The notes under the pieces: generated by a model
The model's input: the letters and a program-made list of their open reading frames with translations, nothing else
The model's database searches: none
Told to the model about the DNA's origin: nothing
In this document: one piece after another, positions 18,110 to 27,663 of the stretch
Layout of the letters: each line of letters opens with the position of its first letter
Numbering within the stretch: the first letter of the stretch is position 1
Source of the DNA: an uncultured delta proteobacterium
Lineage (GTDB): Bacteria; Desulfobacterota; Binatia; UTPRO1
Direction of reading: 5' to 3'
Assembly: GCA_963753325.1 (NCBI GenBank)
Contig: CAVWBS010000003.1
Span: forward strand, 963,979 to 1,027,978
Length of the DNA stretch: 64,000 nt
Made by a program: the position numbers and the translations under genes

Positions 18110-18787
18110 ATGAGCCTCATCGCCGAGCACAAGGCCGAACGCCGCGCCCGCATCCTCGCCGCGGCCCGGCAGCTGATCGCGGAGCACGGCTTCGCGGGGC
18201 TCACGATGCGGGAGCTGGCGCGAGCCGGCCGCGTCTCCGTGCCGACCGTCTACAATCTCTTCGGCGGCAAGCACGCGGTACTGATGGCGGAGCTCGAGGA
18301 GACGTTCGCGGCCGTGGTGCGGAGCCTCGCGAGCGCGGGCGGCCGGAGCGTCGTCGAGCGGGCGTTCGCGATGTGCGAGGCCGGCAACCGCGACCTGCTC
18401 GCGGTGCCGGCGTACTCGCGCGAGCTGATGCACGTCTTTCTCGCGTCCGAGGCGACGCGCTCGCTGCGCCTCACGATCAACGATCGCTACGTCGCTCTCA
18501 TGGCGGACGTGCTGCGGGACGGTCAGGAGGCGGGGGAGATCGCCGCCTGGGCCGATCCGACCGCCGTCGCCCGGCGCATGTTCGCGCACTACGTGCACGC
18601 GGTGCTCGAGTGGGCGGAGGGCGATCTCACCGACGACGAGTTCCGCGCCGCCACCGAGCTCGGGATGGCGCTGATGCTGCTCGGGCTGGCGCGAGGCCGC
18701 GCCCAGCCCCTGCTCGCGAAACGCGCCGAAGCCAGTCAGACGTTGCTCGTGCCGCGCAAGCGCCGGCGCGCGCGCAAAGGAGGATGA
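18110..18787 (+). CDS. TetR/AcrR family regulator
   Basis: RARILAAARQLIAEHGFAGLTMRELARAGRVSVPTVYNLFGGK helix-turn-helix. Confidence 0.93.
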   Translation: MSLIAEHKAERRARILAAARQLIAEHGFAGLTMRELARAGRVSVPTVYNLFGGKHAVLMAELEETFAAVVRSLASAGGRSVVERAFAMCEAGNRDLLAVPAYSRELMHVFLASEATRSLRLTINDRYVALMADVLRDGQEAGEIAAWADPTAVARRMFAHYVHAVLEWAEGDLTDDEFRAATELGMALMLLGLARGRAQPLLAKRAEASQTLLVPRKRRRARKGG

Positions 18788-19992
18788 CGATGGCCCACAC
18801 GGTCACGATCGACGGGATCGATCTCTCGACGCCCGCCGCCGGGCACCTGCTGCCGCCCGCGGCCTTCGTCGCGCCGGCGGTGTACGACGCCGAGATGCGG
18901 CGCATCTTCGCGCGCGGCTGGGTCCACGTCGCCGACCTGCCGGATCTGCGTGCGCCGGGCGACTTCGTCGCGGCCACCATCGGTACGACGCCGGTGGTCG
19001 TCGTGCGCGATCACGGCGGCGAGGTGCGCGCCTTCCTCAACGCCTGCCGCCATCGCGGGGCGACGCTCGCCGAGGGGCGGGGCAACTGCGGGCGGCAGCT
19101 GCGCTGCCCGTACCACGCCTGGAGCTACGGGCTCGACGGCCGGCTGATCGGCGTGCCGAGTCGCGAGGAGTTCCAGGGCTGCGATCTCGGCGACGTGCGC
19201 CTCGTTCCCGTCCGTACGGCGACCGCGGGGCCGATGATCTTCGCGTGCCTCGACGAGACGACCCCGCCGTTCGCGGTCTGGGGCGGCCAGCTGAGCGCCG
19301 CGCTGGCCCACGCGCGCGGCGACCGCATGGAGCTCGCATTCGAGTACGTCTACGACGTCGAGGTCAACTGGAAAGTGTACGTCGAGAACGGCCTCGAGGG
19401 ATACCACGTCGCGATCGTGCATGACGTGCTGAACGACTTCGTCGAGACGAAGACGGCGCGCCACTTCTTCGAGCCCTGGTCGAGCTACACGCACGCGTTC
19501 ATCAGGCCCGACTACCGCGAGATGGTGCCGGCGCTGCCGCACCTCTCCGACGAGGAGCACACCTACGTGCGCTTCGGGCACGTCTTCCCCAACCTGATCC
19601 CCGTCCTCGCCCCGGCGGAGTTCTCGTATCTCCGCATCGATCCACGCGGGCCGGAGCGCATCCGGCTGACCGCGCGCAGCTTCGACCTCGGCGGCGAGCT
19701 CGCCGGACTGCGCGACTTCCGTCGCGAGGCGCTCGATCGCACCAATCAGCAGGACATTGCCGTCGTCACCCGCGTGCAGCGGGGGCTGCGCGCGCACGGC
19801 CTGCCGCCCGGCGTCCATGCGGCCTTCCTCGAGACCCGCATCGGGCACTTCGAGCGCATGGTCAGCCGGGCGCTCGCGACCGACGGTCCATTGACGGCCG
19901 TCGGCGCGGCCGAGGGTCCCTTCGACCGCGCCGCGCTGGTGGCGGAGCGCACCGACGCGCCGCCGTCACCGCAGGTAGAAGCAATCGGTTGA
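18784..19992 (+). CDS. Rieske non-heme iron oxygenase alpha subunit (choline monooxygenase-like)
   Basis: CRHRG...CPYHAW Rieske motif; NWKVYVENGLEGYHVAIVH and QQD mononuclear iron motifs. Confidence 0.92.
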   Translation: MTMAHTVTIDGIDLSTPAAGHLLPPAAFVAPAVYDAEMRRIFARGWVHVADLPDLRAPGDFVAATIGTTPVVVVRDHGGEVRAFLNACRHRGATLAEGRGNCGRQLRCPYHAWSYGLDGRLIGVPSREEFQGCDLGDVRLVPVRTATAGPMIFACLDETTPPFAVWGGQLSAALAHARGDRMELAFEYVYDVEVNWKVYVENGLEGYHVAIVHDVLNDFVETKTARHFFEPWSSYTHAFIRPDYREMVPALPHLSDEEHTYVRFGHVFPNLIPVLAPAEFSYLRIDPRGPERIRLTARSFDLGGELAGLRDFRREALDRTNQQDIAVVTRVQRGLRAHGLPPGVHAAFLETRIGHFERMVSRALATDGPLTAVGAAEGPFDRAALVAERTDAPPSPQVEAIG

Positions 19993-20483
19993 AGTTCTAT
20001 CACTTCCATCTGATGCCGTGGCGGTATCTGCCCGCGGACTTCGCGGCGACGAACGACTCCGCGTGGGTGTGGTGCCCGAACAGCTACTACGATCCGCAGC
20101 GCGGTCACGCGCTCTACACCGAGTACATCGATGCGCTGGTGCAGGCCGAGGCGCTCGGCTTCGACGGCGTGTGCGTCGACGAGCACCATCAGAACGCCTA
20201 CGGCAACATGCCGAGCCCGAACCTGATCGCCGCGATGCTGATCGCGCGGACCCGGAACCGGCTGATCAGCGGCTTCGTCGTCCGTGGCTCGCCGGAATAC
20301 CACAGCTTCAACATCAACCCCACGACCACCCGGGCGCGCTTCCTCGAGGCGCACGATCTCTTCATCCAGGCGTGGACACGTCCGGGCCCCTTCGACGGCA
20401 AGTACTACCAGCACCGCTACGTGAACCCCTGGCCAGCGGAGGCCGCAGCGACGCGCATCGAGGGGTTTCTCGCCTCGACCTGA
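19989..20483 (+). pseudogene. Luciferase-like (LLM) flavin-dependent monooxygenase remnant with internal deletion and truncation
   Basis: LLM N-terminus (FHLMP, GFDGVCVDEHHQNAYG.MPSPNL) jumps from RTRN to RLISGF and ends soon after VNPWP; 164 aa against roughly 350-400 aa expected. Confidence 0.75.
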
Positions 20484-20495
20484 CGAGCGGGTGCG

Positions 20496-20918
20496 ATGCG
20501 GAGGGAACCGCTCGAGGTCGTGCCGCGCGGGCGGGATCGGCAGCGACGTCCCGGCCGGCGTGACACGCCGCCCGCCTTCTATCGCCTCGTCTATCGCGTC
20601 GTACGCAAGGTGCCGCGCGGCAAGGTCGTGACCTATGGCCAGGTGGCGGCGATCCTCGGGCAGCCGCGCGGGGCGCGCGCCGTCGGGATGGCCCTCGGGG
20701 CGCTCACCGGGCCGCTCGTCGAGACCGTCCCCTGGCATCGCGTGATCAGCGCCGCCGGGCGCTGCTCGCACCGCGACGGCTTCTGGGCGGAGATGCAGCG
20801 CGAGCGGCTCGAGGAGGAGGGCGTGCGCTTCGATCGCGCCGGCAAGGTCGACCTCCGGCAGGTCCGCTGGGGCGGGCCGCGGCGCGAGTGGACGACCGGC
20901 CTGCGCGGCGTGCTCTGA
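20496..20918 (+). CDS. Alkyltransferase-like (Atl1/YbaZ, MGMT family) base-flipping protein
   Basis: VPRGKVVTYGQVA...ARAVG...VPWHRV (Trp in place of the catalytic Cys). Confidence 0.9.
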   Translation: MRREPLEVVPRGRDRQRRPGRRDTPPAFYRLVYRVVRKVPRGKVVTYGQVAAILGQPRGARAVGMALGALTGPLVETVPWHRVISAAGRCSHRDGFWAEMQRERLEEEGVRFDRAGKVDLRQVRWGGPRREWTTGLRGVL

Positions 20919-21111
20919 TCGCCGTCGTCGTGCGTCGGCGGCTCGCCCGATCGTTGTGCCGCGTCGACCATCACGTATTTCCGCATGCGATCTCCCATGT
21001 TGTGGTCGAGGGTGGGGCGGCATGCCGGGAGGCCGAATCCCGGATGCCATTGTAGGCTCCGCCCCCGACGCCGTGCCGTGGTTCGTGGCGGCCTCACGCG
21101 AGGATAGCCCC

Positions 21112-22521
21112 ATGAGGAACCGATCCCTTCTCTCCACGAGCACGCTCGTCGTGCTGTGGCTGCTCGCGGCGGCCGCACCGGCCGAGGCCGACTACCGCGG
21201 TTGCGAGCGCGCCATCAGTCTCGGTTCGGCGAAGCTCATCCGCCTGCAATACAAGGCGCTGCGCAGGTGCAACGACGCCGTCGTCAAGGGCGCCCGGCCC
21301 GGTCCATGCCCGGACGCGCCCGCGACGGCGCGCATCGCGAGCGCGACCAGCAAGCTGCGGGCGGCGATCGACGCCGGCTGTGGCGGCGGCGACGGCCACT
21401 GCGGCAACGCGGACGACGAGTCGCTCGCCGCGATCGGCTGGGACATCGGCAGCTGTCCGGACCTCGCGAGCGCGGCGTGCGGCAACACGATCCTCGACTG
21501 TGGCGACGTGGCCGACTGCGTCATCTGCGTCGACGGGGCGGCGGTGGCGCAGCAGGTCGGCGCCACCTACGGCGCGCTGGACGTGCCCGCCGGCTCGCCG
21601 TCGGTGCTCGGCTGCCAGCGCATCATCGGTAGGGCGACCGAGAAGTTCGCAAGCCAGTCCGTGAAGGCGATGGCCAAGTGCCAGAGTCGCGTGATCCTCG
21701 GGTACGCGCACGGTCCCTGCCCGGATCCGATCGCGGTCGCGGTGATCGCCAAGGCCGAGGCCAAGAAGGTGAAGGCGATCTGCAAGTTCTGCGGCGGCGC
21801 CGATCGCCGCTGCGGGACGGCGGACGATCTCGCACCCGCGACGATCGGGTTCGCCGCCACCTGCCCCGACGTGACCGTCCCCGCCGGTGCGGCGTGCGCG
21901 GCCCCGATCGGCGATCTGCAGGGGGTCGTCGATTGCGTCGACTGCGTCGCCAGCTTCAACGTGGATTGCGCCGCCGCGGCCGCGGCGCCGGCGATCGCGC
22001 CCTATCCGGCCGTCTGCGGCGCGCCCGCAGCCACGGCCACCGCCACGCCTCCCGCGGGCGCGAGCGCGACACCCCCCGTCCCGACCTCGACGCCGTCACC
22101 GTCGCCCAGCGCCACGCCGATGGGTGCGACCCCGACGCTCACCCTGCCGCTCCCGAGCCTGACGTTGCCGCTCCCGACGCTCACGCTGCCGCTGCCGACA
22201 CTGACGCCGCCGCTCCCGAGCCTCACGCTGCCGCTGCCGACACTCACGTTGCCGCTGCCAAGCGTCACGTTGCCGCTTCCAAGCATCACGTTGCCGATGC
22301 CGAGCCTGACGCTGCCATTGCCGACGATCACGATACCGCTGCTGCCCACGGCGACGCCGGGCGGCACGACAACACCGACGCTCACGGGTACACGGACGCC
22401 GACACCGACCTCGACGCCGGTCTGCGGCAACGGGATCATCGAGCCGGGCGAGCAGTGCGAGCTGCTGGGCGGCGGGTGCAGCGGTCTACAGCTCTGCGTG
22501 TTCTGTCAGTGCGTCCTCTGA
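21112..22521 (+). CDS. Secreted Cys-rich protein with two internal domain repeats, a Pro/Thr/Leu repeat linker and a C-terminal CGNG..E.GEQC (DUF4215-like) repeat
   Basis: Signal peptide MRNRSLL...AEA; duplicated C...CP...CGG.D..CG.ADD...CPD...C..DC..C units. Confidence 0.8.
   Translation: MRNRSLLSTSTLVVLWLLAAAAPAEADYRGCERAISLGSAKLIRLQYKALRRCNDAVVKGARPGPCPDAPATARIASATSKLRAAIDAGCGGGDGHCGNADDESLAAIGWDIGSCPDLASAACGNTILDCGDVADCVICVDGAAVAQQVGATYGALDVPAGSPSVLGCQRIIGRATEKFASQSVKAMAKCQSRVILGYAHGPCPDPIAVAVIAKAEAKKVKAICKFCGGADRRCGTADDLAPATIGFAATCPDVTVPAGAACAAPIGDLQGVVDCVDCVASFNVDCAAAAAAPAIAPYPAVCGAPAATATATPPAGASATPPVPTSTPSPSPSATPMGATPTLTLPLPSLTLPLPTLTLPLPTLTPPLPSLTLPLPTLTLPLPSVTLPLPSITLPMPSLTLPLPTITIPLLPTATPGGTTTPTLTGTRTPTPTSTPVCGNGIIEPGEQCELLGGGCSGLQLCVFCQCVL
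22135..22344 (+). repeat. 10 x 21-bp tandem repeat encoding (S/T)LTLPLP
   Basis: Units such as ACGCTCACCCTGCCGCTCCCG and AGCCTGACGTTGCCGCTCCCG; synonymous variation between copies. Confidence 0.92.
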
Positions 22522-22554
22522 CGCGCGCCTAGCCGCACCGTCCTGCCGCGGGTC

Positions 22555-24012
22555 CTAGCGGGCGCGCCGGACGAGCACGGCGCCGTCCAGCACCACCTCG
22601 AGGATGCGCTGCAGGTCCTCGATGTGCGCCGTCGGATCGCCCGCCACCAACAGGAGATCAGCGCGTTTGCCGGCGGCGACCTCGCCGAAGTCGGCGGCGT
22701 CGCCGGCGAGAAAGCGGGCGTTCGTCCATGTCGCGGCGCGCAGCGCCTCACCCGGCGTGAGGCCGGCGGCGACGAGCTTGGTGAGCTCCAGGTGCAGTGT
22801 GCCGCCGGGAAGATCGCCGGTGTTGCAGGCGTCGCTACCCGCGAGGATCGTGACGCCGGCGGCATGCAGCTTGGCGACGTTCCGCTGCCGCGCCGCGTGC
22901 CCTGCCGCGGCGGCTCGACGAACGGCGCCGAGGGCGGCGTCCGCGGCCGGATCGGGCGTGAGGAGGGACGTCATGAGCGCGGCGCCCGCGACGGTGCGCT
23001 CGATCGGCAGGAAATCATCGGCCGAGACGCGGTCGGCGGCGACGAGGTCCCAGATCGCGAGCGTCGGCTCCACCGCGACCTGACGGGCGACGATCAGGTC
23101 GACGACCTCGTCGCTGAGCTCGTCCCGCCAGGGGGCATGCGCCAGCGCGTCGACCCCACCCCGCACGGCGGCCGCCGCCTCGGCGTTGCTGCCCACGTGG
23201 GCGATCGAGCGTACGCCCGCCGTGTGTCCGGTCTCGGCAATGGCGGCGATGGCGTCGGGCGGGAGACAGGGGACCTCACCGGTGCCGGCGTCGATCGCGA
23301 GCTTCAGGATGTCCGGCCGCTCGGACAGCAGCGCGCGCACGGCGGCGCGCCCGTCGTCGGGCGTCGCGATCTCGCGCGTCGCACGCGGGATGACGTACCA
23401 GCGCAGGTACCAGGGGAGGAACTGCCGGAACACCTCCACCGGGTGCCCGCCGGGCGCGGTGAAGATCGGTCCCGCGACGTACATGTGCGGTCCGAGCCGT
23501 TTCCCGGCGGCGACGTCGGCGCGCGTGCGGAAGACGTCGGGCGTGAGGCCGCCGAGATCGAGGACGGTCGTCACCCCGGCGTAGAGGAAGGCGGCCAGAT
23601 TGCCGTCGACGTCCGGCAGCGCGACGTGCTCCGGGCGATCGGAGCTGCCGCTCGTGTGCGTGTGCAGGTCCACCAGCCCCGGCAGCAGCGTGCCGCCCTT
23701 GCCGTCGAGCTCGGGAAGGCCGTCGGCGGCGGCGCCCTGCGGCGCGACCGCGGCGATGCGCCCGTCGCGCACCACGACGTCCCGCAGGCCCTGGGCGAGC
23801 GCGGCGCGCGGAGCGTCGAAGATGCGAACATTGCGGATCACGAGCGAACGTCCAGCATCTGCGGGACGTGTCACGAGCGGCGTCCGCTGCCGCCCGCAGG
23901 CGGAGAGGAGCGCGATCAGCAGCAGGAAAGCCGCGCCGGGAGGGGACGGCCGGCCCGGGTGCGTCCCCACGCGGTGCCAGGGGACGGCAAACCGCCTGAC
24001 GGTGTCGTACAT
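22555..24012 (-). CDS. Exported (lipoprotein-like) amidohydrolase, paralogue of 15973-17400
   Basis: LLSAC lipobox, LLPGLVDLHTH, IAH, AH and AGSDA motifs; start uncertain. Confidence 0.87.
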   Translation of the reverse strand: MYDTVRRFAVPWHRVGTHPGRPSPPGAAFLLLIALLSACGRQRTPLVTRPADAGRSLVIRNVRIFDAPRAALAQGLRDVVVRDGRIAAVAPQGAAADGLPELDGKGGTLLPGLVDLHTHTSGSSDRPEHVALPDVDGNLAAFLYAGVTTVLDLGGLTPDVFRTRADVAAGKRLGPHMYVAGPIFTAPGGHPVEVFRQFLPWYLRWYVIPRATREIATPDDGRAAVRALLSERPDILKLAIDAGTGEVPCLPPDAIAAIAETGHTAGVRSIAHVGSNAEAAAAVRGGVDALAHAPWRDELSDEVVDLIVARQVAVEPTLAIWDLVAADRVSADDFLPIERTVAGAALMTSLLTPDPAADAALGAVRRAAAAGHAARQRNVAKLHAAGVTILAGSDACNTGDLPGGTLHLELTKLVAAGLTPGEALRAATWTNARFLAGDAADFGEVAAGKRADLLLVAGDPTAHIEDLQRILEVVLDGAVLVRRAR

Positions 24013-24127
24013 CAGCGGCGCGTAGCGCGAACTCGCTCCCGGAGCAACGGCCGGGGGCCGGAGCGCGTCGGCCTGTGGCTCGGCAGTGTCGCGTATTTCG
24101 TGTACTTCAGCCCGGAGGGCATCGGAC

Positions 24128-25036
24128 ATGACGACGAAAGAGCTGATCAAGCGTGCGCCGCGGTTCACGAGCCCCTTTCGCATCGACCACGGGCGCAAGT
24201 TCCGTCTCCGCGACATCGATCCCGCCGAAACGCTCCGTCTCGACTCCGAGGACAAGCCCCGCGCGAAGGAAGCGCTCGCCATGGGCATCGAGGCGCTGGC
24301 CGAGCTGCAGGACATGCTCTACGCGCAGGATCGCTGGGCGGTGCTGCTCATATTCCAGGCGATGGATGCCGCCGGCAAGGACGGCACCATCAAGCACGTG
24401 ATGTCGGGTGTGAACCCGCAGGGCTGTGAGGTCGTCTCGTTCAAGGCGCCATCGGCGGAAGAGCTCGATCACGACTATCTGTGGCGGTGCATGCGGTCGG
24501 TGCCGGAGCGTGGCCGGATCGGCATCTTCAACCGCAGCTACTACGAGGAGGTCCTCGCCGTCCGGGTACACCCCGCGTTCCTCGAGGCGCAGAAGCTGCC
24601 GCCGGAGCTCGTCACGAAGCACATCTGGGACGAGCGCTTCGAGGACATCGGCAACTTCGAACGCTACCTCACGCGCAACGGCGTCGTCATCCGGAAGTTC
24701 TTCCTCCACGTATCGAAGGCGGAGCAGAAGCGGCGCTTCCTCGAGCGCCTCGAGAATCCGGAGAAGAACTGGAAGTTCTCGGCGAACGACGTGAAGGAGC
24801 GCGCGTCCTGGGGCGACTACATGCGCGCGTACGAGGACATGATCCGCCACACCGCGACGAAGGAGGCGCCCTGGTACGTGGTCCCGGCCGACAACAAGTG
24901 GTTCACGCGCCTGGTGGTCGCGACCGCCGTCGCGGAGACGTTGGGCTCGCTCGACCTCGCGTATCCACGTGTCGACAAGGGCAAGCGACGACAGCTCGAG
25001 GCGGCGAAGCGCGCGCTGCTCCGTCGAAAGGGCTGA
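24128..25036 (+). CDS. ppk2: Polyphosphate kinase 2 family (class III-like)
   Basis: FQAMDAAGKDGTIKHV Walker A, IFNRSYYE, APWYVVPADNKW. Confidence 0.95.
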   Translation: MTTKELIKRAPRFTSPFRIDHGRKFRLRDIDPAETLRLDSEDKPRAKEALAMGIEALAELQDMLYAQDRWAVLLIFQAMDAAGKDGTIKHVMSGVNPQGCEVVSFKAPSAEELDHDYLWRCMRSVPERGRIGIFNRSYYEEVLAVRVHPAFLEAQKLPPELVTKHIWDERFEDIGNFERYLTRNGVVIRKFFLHVSKAEQKRRFLERLENPEKNWKFSANDVKERASWGDYMRAYEDMIRHTATKEAPWYVVPADNKWFTRLVVATAVAETLGSLDLAYPRVDKGKRRQLEAAKRALLRRKG

Positions 25037-25063
25037 GCCGATCCGCGACCCGAGGACGGAGGC

Positions 25064-26500
25064 ATGACCCTACGGCCGCACCAGACGAAGATCACCGCGA
25101 CGATCGGTCCGGCGTCCGCGTCGCGTGCGGTGATGGAGCAGCTGATCCGCGCCGGCATGGACGTCGCCCGGCTCAACTTCTCGCACGGCACCTTGGACGA
25201 CCACCGCCGCAACATCGAGAGGCTCCGCGCGGCGGCGCGTGCCGCCGGCCGTGACGTGGCGATCCTCGCCGATCTTCCCGGCCCGAAGATCCGGCTCGGC
25301 ACGATCGAGGGCGAGCCCGTCACGCTCGTGACCGGGCAGGGCTTCACGCTCACGACGGACGAGGTGACGGGCGGTCCCACGCGCGCGACCGTGAGCTTCC
25401 CGCGGCTGCCGCAGGTCACGAAGCCGGGCGATCAGCTGTTCGTGAACGACGGGTTGGTCCAGCTCGACGTGGAGTCGGTCGCCGGCGCCGAGGTCCACTG
25501 CCGCGTCGTCGTCGGCGGGGAGATCCGCTCGCGCAAGGGCGTCAATCTTCCGGGCATCGACCTCGGCATCGGCGCGTTCACCGACCGCGACCGCGAATGC
25601 CTCGAGGTCGCGCTCCGCTGCGGCATCGACGTGGTGAGCCAGTCGTTCGTCGAGTCGGCCGCCGACGTGGAGTGCGTGCGCGCGGCGGCGCGCGACCTCG
25701 GACACGAGCCGCTCGTGATCGCCAAGATCGAGCGGGCGCGCGCCCTCGGCGCGGTGGACGAGATCCTGGCGGCCGCCGACGGGATCATGATCGCGCGTGG
25801 CGACCTCGGCGTGGAGGTGCCGATCGAGCGGATCGCGATCGTGCAGAAGATGTTGGTGCGCAAGGCGTTGCGTGCGGGCAAGCCGGTGATCACCGCCACC
25901 CAGATGCTGGAGTCGATGACGCACAACCGGCAGCCGACGCGCGCGGAGGCCACCGACGTCGCCAACGCGATCCTGGACGGCACCGACTGCGTGATGCTGT
26001 CCGCGGAATCCGCGAGCGGGACGTATCCCGTCGAGGCCGTGGCGACGCTGGCGCGGATCGCCGCCGCGACGGAGCCGCACCGTCCGCGTTTCGAGCTCCG
26101 GGAGCGCATGCGAACGCCGTCGACGGAGGTCGCGCCGGGCCTCTACGATCTCCTGTCCATCGCCGCGGAGGCGGTGATGGAGTTCGACACCGCGGCCGCG
26201 GTCGTCGTCCCGACGCGCGGGGGGCGAACGGCGAGGAGCATCGCCCGCTTCCGGCTGCCGGTCTGGATCGCGGCGGTCACGGAGAGCCAGCGGATCGCGC
26301 GCCAGCTGCACCTTTCCTGCGCGGTGCATCCGGTCCTGCGGCCGCAGCCGATCACGGACTGGCGCGCCTTCGCGCGCGATTGGGTCGCCACGCACGGTCT
26401 TCCGGGACGCACGGCCATCCTGCTCCGTGGCCCCTCGCCCGAGCGCCCTGGCGAGAGTCACACCCTGGAGCTGATCCCGCTCGACGGCAACGGGGCGTGA
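25064..26500 (+). CDS. pyk: Pyruvate kinase
   Basis: TKITATIGPAS, ARLNFSHG, DLPGPKIR, AKIER, ARGDLGVE, ATQMLESM, DCVMLSAES. Confidence 0.96.
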   Translation: MTLRPHQTKITATIGPASASRAVMEQLIRAGMDVARLNFSHGTLDDHRRNIERLRAAARAAGRDVAILADLPGPKIRLGTIEGEPVTLVTGQGFTLTTDEVTGGPTRATVSFPRLPQVTKPGDQLFVNDGLVQLDVESVAGAEVHCRVVVGGEIRSRKGVNLPGIDLGIGAFTDRDRECLEVALRCGIDVVSQSFVESAADVECVRAAARDLGHEPLVIAKIERARALGAVDEILAAADGIMIARGDLGVEVPIERIAIVQKMLVRKALRAGKPVITATQMLESMTHNRQPTRAEATDVANAILDGTDCVMLSAESASGTYPVEAVATLARIAAATEPHRPRFELRERMRTPSTEVAPGLYDLLSIAAEAVMEFDTAAAVVVPTRGGRTARSIARFRLPVWIAAVTESQRIARQLHLSCAVHPVLRPQPITDWRAFARDWVATHGLPGRTAILLRGPSPERPGESHTLELIPLDGNGA

Positions 26501-26502
26501 GG

Positions 26503-27663
26503 ATGGAGATCGCCGTGCCGGTGCCGGAGCGGTCGGTGTGGCTACGCGGTCCCGGCTGGGACGGGTTCTGGATGCTCAGCGGGCTCTGGCTCGCGCCGAT
26601 CGTCCTCTGGCTTTCCCGCGGATACGCCGACCCGGAGGAGAGCCCGCTCGAAGTGCTCTACTTCGGGCTGACGGCGCTCTTCTGGATCGGTCATCGGTTG
26701 TGCAGCGCGTACCTCGCGTACTGCACCGAAGCGTACCGACCTCTGCTGCGGACGCGGCCGATGCGATTCGTCGTGATCCCGCTGCTCGTCGCAGCTGGAT
26801 GCTTCGCCGTCTTCCTCCCGTCGGACGCCGCCTTGCCGTGGAGCCGCGAGGAACGCCTCGTGGCCTTGGCGATCGTCGACTACATTTTCGTGACGCAGCA
26901 CTTCGCGGCGCAGCATTTCGGCGCGCTCGCCCTGTATCGTGCGCGCGTCGGACGCACCGGCTGCGCGCGCACGCGAACGATGGACCGGCTGTTCGCGCTG
27001 GGTGTCGGCGGCGTCCTCGTCGTGGTGGCGGACGTCCTCGCCGGGGCGGTCGCCTACCAGAACCGGTGGGTCGACCCGTGGCTCTCTGCCGGCTGGCTCG
27101 TATCGACGGAGGAGGCGATCCGCGCCGGCGCCATGCTCGTGCTGCTCTCGGCGACCGCCGCGATGCTCCTCGCGGAGCTGCGTGCGCCGCGATGGTCGCC
27201 GCCGCGCGTGCTCTACGTGCTCGGGGTCGCGGTCATGGTCGCGCTCGCGCTACGCCCGCGGAGCCCGTTTCTCTTCCTCGTGATCTGGACGTCGCAGCAC
27301 TGGATCCTGGCGATCGGCCTCGCCTCTCGAGTGCCGCAGGCGGAGCCGGCCGCACTGCGCGGCGTCGTGCGCCGCGCGCTCCACGCGGTGAACGTACGGC
27401 CCTGGGCCCTCGTGCTTCTGCTCGCGCTCTCGTCGGTCGTTCTCCTGCCGCTGTTCGAGGTCGAGGCGAACCGGCAGGGAGGCGTGTACTACAGCGAATG
27501 GATCTTCGGTGCCTTCGCGACCGGCCTGCGGACCTCCTCCTGGGTTCCCGCGCTGGTCGCGCTCGGCTTCGCGACGGGGTTCATGCACTACCTGCTCGAT
27601 CGCAGCGTCTATCGGCTGTCCGACCCTCGCGTGCGGGCGGCGGCCCGTGGTCTCCTCATCTAG
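26503..27663 (+). CDS. Polytopic membrane protein with His motifs, unknown function
   Basis: About 9-10 hydrophobic segments; GHRL, QHFAAQHFG, SQHW and MHYLLD. Confidence 0.72.
   Translation: MEIAVPVPERSVWLRGPGWDGFWMLSGLWLAPIVLWLSRGYADPEESPLEVLYFGLTALFWIGHRLCSAYLAYCTEAYRPLLRTRPMRFVVIPLLVAAGCFAVFLPSDAALPWSREERLVALAIVDYIFVTQHFAAQHFGALALYRARVGRTGCARTRTMDRLFALGVGGVLVVVADVLAGAVAYQNRWVDPWLSAGWLVSTEEAIRAGAMLVLLSATAAMLLAELRAPRWSPPRVLYVLGVAVMVALALRPRSPFLFLVIWTSQHWILAIGLASRVPQAEPAALRGVVRRALHAVNVRPWALVLLLALSSVVLLPLFEVEANRQGGVYYSEWIFGAFATGLRTSSWVPALVALGFATGFMHYLLDRSVYRLSDPRVRAAARGLLI

Noticed and set aside
22135-22344. Tandem repeat considered as a CRISPR array or VNTR element
   Set aside because: No spacers; it is in frame in a CDS and varies synonymously.
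27660-27663. Convergent genes sharing CTAG stop codons (also 58719-58722), and the 53-bp malQ/phhB tail overlap
   Set aside because: Common consequence of compact convergent gene packing; no further signal.
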